UHGV virus genome: UHGV-0310400
DNA from: a virus
DNA: 16,611 nt
Reading direction: 5' to 3' (one strand)
The notes beneath the pieces were generated by a model, which saw only the letters and a program-made list of their open reading frames with translations, was not told where the DNA came from and made no database searches. Positions within the stretch are counted from its first letter, which is position 1; each line of letters starts with the position of its first letter. Made by a program: the position numbers and the translations under genes. Below, piece after piece: positions 5,520 to 13,548 of this stretch.

Positions 5520-6371
5520 TCACTGTGCAGTTTTCGCTGATCGATTTTCAGCTCTAAATTCAAGAACCGTTTCAATATTTCTTTCCTTCAGCATATCAAT
5601 AACATTTTTATTCATTTGACTATCACTGGTTAATAACTGGTAAACGTCGCTTCTCTCTTTATCAGAGTTTTCTTTAACAGCTGCTTTGCATGCCAAATGC
5701 TTATTGAAATTTTCTACATCGCTAGTACAGGAATTTACGGCTGCTGATGAAATATCAGACGCTGAAGAAACACCATCATCCAAACGTTTTATAGCATTTT
5801 CTATACATGAGTTAAGGGAATAAACGACAACTGAGCGATACCCTTCAGACGCACACCATTCTAAATTTCTTGAAGGATCGAGTGGTTTTACTTCGCTGGA
5901 TTGAATTAACTTGTCAAAAACTGACTTATATTCAATCTGTTTTTTATCTATAGCCCATACTTCAGTAGCTGATTTATAATTCCCCGTATGCCTATTAACA
6001 TCAAATCCATGTTTTATAAGCAAATCTGCCCATGAAAGATTTATTGATTCATTGTTATGAGGCCATTTTCCTGTCAGAACCGCCCCCATAGACCCCATAT
6101 ATCCGCCATATGATGGTATAGCACCATGGCTCAGTAACTTCTCAGCAACCACAGGGCAATTAATTACATAAGAGGCGTAAAGCCCATTCCATAAAGCCCC
6201 TCTATAGTAATCGCCACGATTAGGTTCTTTTAAGTCGATAGCCTTTGATAATTGTTCACACGTTTTGCATGCATCAAAGTTATCCTTATTGCATTGCAAT
6301 GAACTGGCAGCTGTAGGATTTACAGAGACTATTGAAAGCACTATGCCAAAAAACAAATTTATTTTTTTCAT
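5520..6371 (-). CDS. Secreted/periplasmic protein with cleavable signal peptide; AT-rich moron coupled to the last virion gene; function unknown
   Basis: 283-aa ORF. N-terminus MKKINLFFGIVLSIVSVNPTAASS is a classical Sec signal peptide. Multiple cysteines in the mature part. Start lies 2 nt from the stop of the 1129-aa gene. AT-rich relative to the virion genes. Confidence 0.65.
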   Translation of the reverse strand: MKKINLFFGIVLSIVSVNPTAASSLQCNKDNFDACKTCEQLSKAIDLKEPNRGDYYRGALWNGLYASYVINCPVVAEKLLSHGAIPSYGGYMGSMGAVLTGKWPHNNESINLSWADLLIKHGFDVNRHTGNYKSATEVWAIDKKQIEYKSVFDKLIQSSEVKPLDPSRNLEWCASEGYRSVVVYSLNSCIENAIKRLDDGVSSASDISSAAVNSCTSDVENFNKHLACKAAVKENSDKERSDVYQLLTSDSQMNKNVIDMLKERNIETVLEFRAENRSAKTAQ

Positions 6372-6372
6372 C

Positions 6373-9300
6373 CTATTTCATCTGCTCTTCAACTTTATTT
6401 AGTAATGGTGATATCGCCCACAGGTTCTGAAAAGGTAGCATTTTACGGACCGCGTGGGTTTGCTGGCTGTCAAATTCTCCGTTAAGTACACCATTCGCAA
6501 CCGTCGCGGCATCACCGCCAAGATCAAAGGTAGGACCAAGTAAAGCACCAATAGCATTACGACTCTGAAACCTTGATACCGGAGGCGCACCAAACATCGC
6601 GCCAAGACCAAACCTACCACCGCTTATGTTCTCAACGGTATTCAGCGGCTCAGAGAGCCAGCCAAGCATTCCGCCCCGGTCGATCCCCTCTTTCACAAGG
6701 TTATTCCAGCTGTAGTCAATATCGCGACCGCTTAACTTCTGTTTCATCATATAGACCATTGAGCCAAGCGCAATCGTGCCAAGCGCACCAAGATAGAATG
6801 CAGCATCGCCCTGCTGGATACCAGATACCAGCACCCTGTTATGCTGTGCGAAGATAAACGTTTTGAACTGCGTGATCATCTTCCAGCCTTCTTTACTAAA
6901 AAACAGCGGTGTATCACCTACGCCAGGCGTTACAATCACTGAGTCTACATCTTTCAGCACTGCAGACTGGAAAATCTCTCTAGCGAAACGGTCATCCCAC
7001 AGATGACTATGCCCGGTTAACAGCCCGTCCATATCCTCTCCGTGCTTCCCGAATTGCTCCCCGATTCGACGCAGAACATCTTCATTGATGCCGACCTGTG
7101 CCATCTTCCGCATTTCACTTTTGGAGAGCGTGCCACCAGCAGAAACTTGGCGAGCCGCGTCAAGTATCCTCGACTGCACTATCATCCCAGACCATGATTT
7201 AAGTGCGCTGTTCCACTGATTCATCAGCGTCCAGTTACCGAATTTCTGCGTCATCCAGTTCAGACCTCGCTCAGCGGCGCTTCTCCGGCTATAGGGGTCA
7301 GTAAGATCCGCTATAGCCTTTGTACGCGTAGACAGGACATAATCAAGCCCAACGGCCATTTCTCGCAAATCCCTGGTTGCAATTTTCACTGAGTCCATAT
7401 TTTTAAGCATGCTTACCATTGGTCCGAGAGATTTTCTCAGGCCATGCTGCATCATCGGTCGCATCAGATCAGTTGCAGCGGAGACAGTCATTCCACCAAG
7501 CAAACGGAGGAAGTTAATATTCCTAGCAACTCGCCCGGCACGAACAAAGAAACTGCGTGGATCTTGAGGTGCACCGTAAGTACCAAGCAGTCGATCACGC
7601 ATAGCCGTAATATCCCTAATATCAGCCTCCCGTTGCTTCTCAAGAACTGCACGTCGTTTAGGTGTTTTAGCCTCTTTTATTAGCCGGGTATATTCCTCAC
7701 TAACCTGACGGATTTGCTCCCCCATATCTTTACGGCCAAACTGCGCAGTCAGCTCAATTTCTGGTGCCACCTGCCGGAGATAACTTTCCATGATGTAGTT
7801 AACATCTGATTCAAGAAAATCTTCTATACGCTCATCAGGAATAAGCAGCGTTCTGCTTTTAGTGAAACCAGCCCGACCAACGAGTCTCTCTGGGATAATA
7901 TCGGCTGGTACAAGCCCGGAAGGTGCGCCTATTATTTTATTCACGATCTCGTCAGCAGCGTCCTCTGCTTCCTCTCGGGATAGAGGCTCCATCTGCTTCA
8001 GTGCTCGTTCGCGGCTTGCATTCAGCCTTGTGGTTGAATTTGCCCGTTTTTGCAGTCGGCGAAGCTCAGAACGATATTTCCGTGGATTATCCAGCAACTC
8101 CATATGGCGCTGATAGACAGGAAGCTCACTCTTTGCCTGCGCTATATCATCAAGGCGTGTTTTAAGGTCAGAGCTTTCTTTCATCATTCTTGCCTGAAGT
8201 TTTTCTGATGAAGTCTCGGCCAACTCTTTTTCTATTCTTGTAAGACGCGCCTGTGTGTCAGTCTCCTGAGATATAAGCTTATTTCGTTTATCCAGTTCTT
8301 CCATGAGTAGAATTTTTTTACCAGACCATTTCTCCGCTTCAGCGATTTCACTAGCGAGAGCATCAGCGCGCGGTGCCGATTCCTCTGCAGTTTTTAGCAA
8401 TGAATTTATCCTTTCAATTCGCTGACCTGCCTTGTCAGCACCTTTGGCACTAATCCCTTGTATCCAGTTGGCAATTCGCCCTCTGAATTCAGTGCGGTCG
8501 GAAAGTATCTTATCGAACTTATAAATGCGGGGAAGATAACTTTTCGCCGTCACGACATCGATATCCTCAGGAAGGATCCCCAGTTCCTGCATACGGGCTT
8601 TTGTGATCTCGAAAATGGGGCGGATTCTGGCGGCTGCTTGTGAAACCTCAGGAATATCACTCTGATCACCACGGCGCATGGCCATGCCAACAGCTTCATT
8701 GAAATCAATAAAGTTCATCCTCTTCACGCCGCGGGCGCTAACAGATTTGCTGTACTGCTGATAAGCATCACTAGTGGCTTCCATCTGCTTATAAAGCATG
8801 GCGTCGTATTGCTTAATCTTAGTCTCGACTGCCGTAAACGTAGCCAACCCCTCATCATTTTTGGCGAAGAAATAGTTATTTTCGGCAAGCTGCTGGTTAA
8901 TCTGACGGGAGACAAGAGATGGTGATTGCGCCAAGCGGCCAGCAGGAGTGACACTCAACGTTTTGTTAGCAAGTCCAAGTCCAGCGAGCTGTTCCTGATC
9001 GAGTGTGGTATTGAAAACCTGAGCTGCACCAATGCTTTGAGGAGAATCCATACCTCGCAAATGATTACCTACTGAGTTAACCACTGCCTCGCGCGCGCTA
9101 GGTCCAGCAAGTAGCTGTGCACCAGCACCAAGGATCCCACCAACGAGAGCATCAACAACAACGTTCGATACGCTCTCCATCGGTGAGCGAGCTTCCTGAG
9201 TGGCCTGTAATGCGGCTTCTGATACTCCCCCACCAGCAGCATTCGCCAGGGCAAAACGCCCTGCCGTCTCAGCAATACTTCCTCCACGCGCTACCGCCCC

Positions 9301-9762
9301 TACAGGGATGAACATTGCAGCCACATTAACCGGGTCTATCATTCCCATTGCTAAGCTTGAAATAGTACCAGCACCACCCATTTCAGATAGATATTCTCTA
9401 TCTGTTCTTTGCTTATCGATTCGATGTTTAATTGCCATTGTTTCTTCATGCGAACCGGAGTTGATAAACGAATCTGCAAAATCTTCATAGCCTTTAATAT
9501 CTGCTGCATCGTTATCAAATGGGTTATATCCTTCAACCCTGTCAAACTGACTGAAAGGAGCACTGGCAATAAAGCTACCCAGCGTGTTATCTATACGAAA
9601 TGCTGCTTGTCTAGACCTTTGAACGCGTTGATCACTGGTAAATGGGTTCACAGCAGAAAGCAAAGAAGGTGTTTCCATATAGAAATTACTGTCATCAGGT
9701 GCTGCTATTTGCTGAATATCCTCGCCAAGCAACTCTTTAGGATCCTGTTCATATATCGGCAT
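6373..9762 (-). CDS. Large internal virion/ejection protein (T7 gp16 position)
   Basis: 1129-aa ORF. Gly/Ala-rich hydrophobic N-terminal region (GGAGTISSLAMGMIDPVNVAAMFIPVGAVARGG...) and a central coiled-coil-like charged region (..EKELAETSSEKLQARMMKESSDLKTRLDDIAQAK..). Assigned by position and size in the gp11-to-gp16 series; no direct homology recognised. Confidence 0.55.
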   Translation of the reverse strand: MPIYEQDPKELLGEDIQQIAAPDDSNFYMETPSLLSAVNPFTSDQRVQRSRQAAFRIDNTLGSFIASAPFSQFDRVEGYNPFDNDAADIKGYEDFADSFINSGSHEETMAIKHRIDKQRTDREYLSEMGGAGTISSLAMGMIDPVNVAAMFIPVGAVARGGSIAETAGRFALANAAGGGVSEAALQATQEARSPMESVSNVVVDALVGGILGAGAQLLAGPSAREAVVNSVGNHLRGMDSPQSIGAAQVFNTTLDQEQLAGLGLANKTLSVTPAGRLAQSPSLVSRQINQQLAENNYFFAKNDEGLATFTAVETKIKQYDAMLYKQMEATSDAYQQYSKSVSARGVKRMNFIDFNEAVGMAMRRGDQSDIPEVSQAAARIRPIFEITKARMQELGILPEDIDVVTAKSYLPRIYKFDKILSDRTEFRGRIANWIQGISAKGADKAGQRIERINSLLKTAEESAPRADALASEIAEAEKWSGKKILLMEELDKRNKLISQETDTQARLTRIEKELAETSSEKLQARMMKESSDLKTRLDDIAQAKSELPVYQRHMELLDNPRKYRSELRRLQKRANSTTRLNASRERALKQMEPLSREEAEDAADEIVNKIIGAPSGLVPADIIPERLVGRAGFTKSRTLLIPDERIEDFLESDVNYIMESYLRQVAPEIELTAQFGRKDMGEQIRQVSEEYTRLIKEAKTPKRRAVLEKQREADIRDITAMRDRLLGTYGAPQDPRSFFVRAGRVARNINFLRLLGGMTVSAATDLMRPMMQHGLRKSLGPMVSMLKNMDSVKIATRDLREMAVGLDYVLSTRTKAIADLTDPYSRRSAAERGLNWMTQKFGNWTLMNQWNSALKSWSGMIVQSRILDAARQVSAGGTLSKSEMRKMAQVGINEDVLRRIGEQFGKHGEDMDGLLTGHSHLWDDRFAREIFQSAVLKDVDSVIVTPGVGDTPLFFSKEGWKMITQFKTFIFAQHNRVLVSGIQQGDAAFYLGALGTIALGSMVYMMKQKLSGRDIDYSWNNLVKEGIDRGGMLGWLSEPLNTVENISGGRFGLGAMFGAPPVSRFQSRNAIGALLGPTFDLGGDAATVANGVLNGEFDSQQTHAVRKMLPFQNLWAISPLLNKVEEQMK

Positions 9763-12509
9763 TATTTGCCCCCTGCGTATATATTGCTCGGAAGGTAATT
9801 GGCTGAACCATAACCGAATGGTTTGGTCAGATCTGGAGGAGTATATCCATCTTTATTGCTGAACTGCGGCAGCGGATTGCCTTCTCTCCGCACTCTAGCC
9901 TCATCAACACGCTGTTGCTGGAACTGAATGGTTTGCCTGTACATTGGAGATGTCAGCTGATCCGGCTTGAAACGAACAGGGAGACCATTTTCTCCAATAT
10001 AATTTCTCGGTTCTATCGCTCCGTTTGCGTCAGGCTGTAAAACCATAACAGCATAACTCCTATCCCTTGCCGTAAGGCCATCAGAAACAAGTATTAAGTC
10101 CGTATCACTGCGAGGACCGCCAAAGGATTTTGATTTAAGCTCGCGTTTTTCCTGCTCCCACTGCCCCTGTATCCAGTTACCAGCACCATTATTTACTCCG
10201 TACAATGCCTCAGGTGCATACTTCATAACCTCTGCTTTGCCATTAACCGTAGAAACTCCCCAAGTGGTTCTGATCATGGCATTGGTCATTTTCTCAGCCT
10301 GTTCTGCATCGCCACCTGTCTGTACAAAGTTAGCATCGTAAATTGTCTGGTAATCTCGCTGATAGGCCGCATTTGATTTTCCTGGATCGGTAATATCCGG
10401 AGACCACGAACCAAAGGAAGTCAGACTGCTGGCGTTATTTTGTGCAGCAGTTGCCCTCGCCGCGACATATTTTTTGTCTCGCATGGCAGTGGAAAGCATC
10501 TGTTTCATTCGGTCATCCTGTTGGAACACCTGGCTGTAAGCCATATCAACAGCCTTATCCTCCGGCACGCCAGCGCGGGAATAATCGTAAACCTTGCCGT
10601 AAAATGCCATCGTACTTTTATCAAGTGTTGCCGCTGCCGCCGGATTATTATCGAATAACTGACCGTAGAATTTTGCCATCGGGACAACCAGCGCAGGATC
10701 TCTTGATGTTGCTCCACTGTTAAGCATTGTTTTAACCTGAGTTGGTATCATGCCGCTTTTAGTTGTGACGGTGACCAGTGTATTGATGCTCTGCGGATCA
10801 GATATGGAAAACGAAGGCGCGATATCCTGCGCGAAATAACGGTCTACCGCTGCCTGATTGTTTTTGTCGTTCGGGTCCAGCGGGAAGTTATTTTGCATTG
10901 AAGACACGAACCTGTTTCTTCCCTGCTGAATCTCCCACTCCCTATCCATCTCTTTAAATTTGGCCTGCATTTTCTCCCAGCGTTGCTGGTTAGCTGCAAA
11001 TCCAGGAGCGTTTGGATCCTGTGGACGTAAACGTTCAAGAATGTCTTGTCGTCCTTCTGGAGTGAGGTCTTTAGCGGCACCAATGACACCTCCATATTGT
11101 ATCTGCGCCTGCATATCCTTCCACTTCATAGCGCCAATGCGCGGACCATTGGCCCGGATAAAATCGTCCTCAGAAGGTAACTGCTCAGGTTTCAATCCTT
11201 CATCAAGGGCTGAATATGCATCTTTAACTACGGTGCTAAGCTGGTCCGCATACTGCTGGCGGTACTGATTTCTCAGCTCATTAGCCTGCCTCAATGCCTG
11301 TATTTGCATTTGAGGGCTCATAGCATCAAATGCCGCATTGCCCGTATAACGCTTAGGTGAATCAAGGTTAGTTAGACCAAGGGCTGCCGAGATACCAGTT
11401 TCAAGCTGTTCGGTGCTATAAGGCATACTGCCATTTTCGTGTTTAATAATCCCAGCACATAAAGCAGCTAGTGTCTTTGGGTTAGAGATATCAAGCTGAT
11501 CATTCTCCCCAACACCAAGCTCACCACACAATGCCCTAATATAAGCATCAGTATTATTACCATCACTAGCCGGAGCATAACGATTAACAATCTCGCTAAC
11601 GGTGTCATAGCCTTGACGCTGGTAAGACAACATATTTTTACCCAACGCGCGGATTCCATGCTCAGGGGTAGCAAACGTTGCAAAACGTCCATCGCTACCG
11701 ATCTGACCTTCCCACGGGTTAGATTTGCTCGCTTCAATATTACCAGGATTATTATTACGTAAACCACGAGCATCCAATGAATTACCATGTGACATTGCAC
11801 GGCTCACACCGTCAAGATCCCCTGGCTCTCCATTAACCTGAAGAAACTCGTTGTATTTTTGAGCGATATTTCCTATCCATGCTTGCTGCCCCATTTGTTC
11901 CTTGAGCTGAGTTTTCTGCTGAACACGCCACTCATCAGGAAGCCCATGCGCATCAGCGTATTGATCAATAGATTCAAATCGCTGCTTGGCTAAATCGACA
12001 AATGCTTGGTTATCGCTATATAGCCCCGCAGACTGAGTGACAGCCAATGCATTTCCTGACAAATACGTTTGATCTTGGAATTGCTGAAACTGCCCAACTT
12101 CATATCGACGTGCCTGATTGTAATAAGACTGCATAGACTGCTGGAGTTGAAAGGATAATTTATTCCTTTCCTCACTTTCAGGAATTGAGCCTAATAATGC
12201 CTGAGCCCTTTCCTGCATATTTTTCATAACAGCGTCACTCTGACCAAGAGCGTTTTTACCCTGTTTAGAAATCAGCCCATTTTCTGGGTTGTTAATCTGG
12301 TCATCTGCAAATTGGTTAAATTGCAGTAACGCCTCCTGGGCCATAGCAACATTCGCTTTCTGCCTGGCTTCACCATATGCCACCGCATACTGATCTGCGA
12401 CATTCGCCAGCACCTGACCTGCTTGAGGAACATCGAAGGTTTGAAAACCACCGGTTTGCACACCACGACTTTGCACCTGGCGTCCGGATGTAGTAGGAAC
12501 AACAGGCAT
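9762..12509 (-). CDS. Internal virion/ejection protein (T7 gp15 position) with a conserved motif block that may be a cell-wall-active domain
   Basis: 915-aa ORF, start overlapping the upstream stop. Residues about 245-330 (plus 11520-11777) contain RGLRNNNPGNIEASKSNPWEGQ...GRFATFATPEHGIRA, which looks like a conserved enzymatic motif; the family is not identified with certainty. Confidence 0.55.
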   Translation of the reverse strand: MPVVPTTSGRQVQSRGVQTGGFQTFDVPQAGQVLANVADQYAVAYGEARQKANVAMAQEALLQFNQFADDQINNPENGLISKQGKNALGQSDAVMKNMQERAQALLGSIPESEERNKLSFQLQQSMQSYYNQARRYEVGQFQQFQDQTYLSGNALAVTQSAGLYSDNQAFVDLAKQRFESIDQYADAHGLPDEWRVQQKTQLKEQMGQQAWIGNIAQKYNEFLQVNGEPGDLDGVSRAMSHGNSLDARGLRNNNPGNIEASKSNPWEGQIGSDGRFATFATPEHGIRALGKNMLSYQRQGYDTVSEIVNRYAPASDGNNTDAYIRALCGELGVGENDQLDISNPKTLAALCAGIIKHENGSMPYSTEQLETGISAALGLTNLDSPKRYTGNAAFDAMSPQMQIQALRQANELRNQYRQQYADQLSTVVKDAYSALDEGLKPEQLPSEDDFIRANGPRIGAMKWKDMQAQIQYGGVIGAAKDLTPEGRQDILERLRPQDPNAPGFAANQQRWEKMQAKFKEMDREWEIQQGRNRFVSSMQNNFPLDPNDKNNQAAVDRYFAQDIAPSFSISDPQSINTLVTVTTKSGMIPTQVKTMLNSGATSRDPALVVPMAKFYGQLFDNNPAAAATLDKSTMAFYGKVYDYSRAGVPEDKAVDMAYSQVFQQDDRMKQMLSTAMRDKKYVAARATAAQNNASSLTSFGSWSPDITDPGKSNAAYQRDYQTIYDANFVQTGGDAEQAEKMTNAMIRTTWGVSTVNGKAEVMKYAPEALYGVNNGAGNWIQGQWEQEKRELKSKSFGGPRSDTDLILVSDGLTARDRSYAVMVLQPDANGAIEPRNYIGENGLPVRFKPDQLTSPMYRQTIQFQQQRVDEARVRREGNPLPQFSNKDGYTPPDLTKPFGYGSANYLPSNIYAGGK

Positions 12510-13084
12510 CAGTAACCTCCTATTTTGAATCGGGAGTCAGAATTCATAAAACCTGAGTTAGATAACATTGGCGTCCCACCACTAGATGTACTTCCTTTAG
12601 AGAACGGACTCCACGTCCCACCAAACATCTGGTACGCACCGTATGCCTTCAGAGGCGCAGTGAGCAATGTTGTTGCTGCTCCCACATTCCCCTGTTTACG
12701 GGCTGAACTGGCTTCTGCTTTATAGTTGGCAGCCTGAACCTGATAACCGTAAGCCTCGCGTTGCGCGTTATTCACCGTCGTCAGCGAATCAAGAGCGCCG
12801 AACTGAGCAGTGTCACCAAATATATCCAGCGCGTTACCTGTAGATAAATCAGCGCCGGTCGCCCCCATTGTCGCCGCCTGTGTACCAAGCCGCTGTCGGG
12901 TCTCTCTGCGCCGTTGCTCAGCTTCAGCGTTACCTCTGTTTATTGCATCATTTGCCTGAGCTGTGGCTATATCTGCGTTCGCTTCTGCAACCTTCGAGGC
13001 ATACTTTCCCTGTTGGTACTGGGTGTATGCCTGAATGCCACTCATGGCGAGCATTGCGCCACCAGCAATAACCGGATCGCACAT
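12509..13084 (-). CDS. Small virion protein (T7 gp14 position), Ala/Gly/Gln-rich
   Basis: 191-aa ORF, close to the size of T7 gp14 (196 aa), coupled to both neighbours. Low-complexity Ala/Gln/Gly-rich composition. Assignment by synteny only. Confidence 0.45.
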   Translation of the reverse strand: MCDPVIAGGAMLAMSGIQAYTQYQQGKYASKVAEANADIATAQANDAINRGNAEAEQRRRETRQRLGTQAATMGATGADLSTGNALDIFGDTAQFGALDSLTTVNNAQREAYGYQVQAANYKAEASSARKQGNVGAATTLLTAPLKAYGAYQMFGGTWSPFSKGSTSSGGTPMLSNSGFMNSDSRFKIGGY

Positions 13085-13548
13085 TATTTTCTCTCCATGT
13101 GAAATCTGTGGAAATTAAGACCAAGAGCACCATAAGGCGCGGCTTCTTCAAGCCTGAATCCAAGCCAGTGCAGCCATGCTTTGGCAACATGGTTTCGCTC
13201 GTCGACGTAGTTTTCCAGGCGCGGATAAACTGCCAGCATCTGCTGCAATACAGGGCGGCAGTGGCGAAGAAATGTCTTCTGATATTTTTCAATACGGCTG
13301 GTTCCTACCAGCCAGGGCGTACCATTGCCACCGATCATTGACGCCGGAGATACGCCAAACATGGTTACCAGTTCTCCGTTCGCGAACCCTGACCAGGCCA
13401 TAGTCGCAGTGCGCAGACCAACACGCAGCGCATCTTTGGTAGTCATCAGCGATACCGCATACAGTTCGTCAATATCAGCCTGACGAACATCCGGCAAAAT
13501 CATCTGAAGATGCTCTTCGGTAGCGGGAATAATTTGAACATCGATCAT
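13084..13548 (-). CDS. Small virion-associated protein (T7 gp13 position)
   Basis: 154-aa ORF, overlapping the stops and starts of both neighbours. Assignment by synteny only. Confidence 0.4.
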   Translation of the reverse strand: MIDVQIIPATEEHLQMILPDVRQADIDELYAVSLMTTKDALRVGLRTATMAWSGFANGELVTMFGVSPASMIGGNGTPWLVGTSRIEKYQKTFLRHCRPVLQQMLAVYPRLENYVDERNHVAKAWLHWLGFRLEEAAPYGALGLNFHRFHMERK

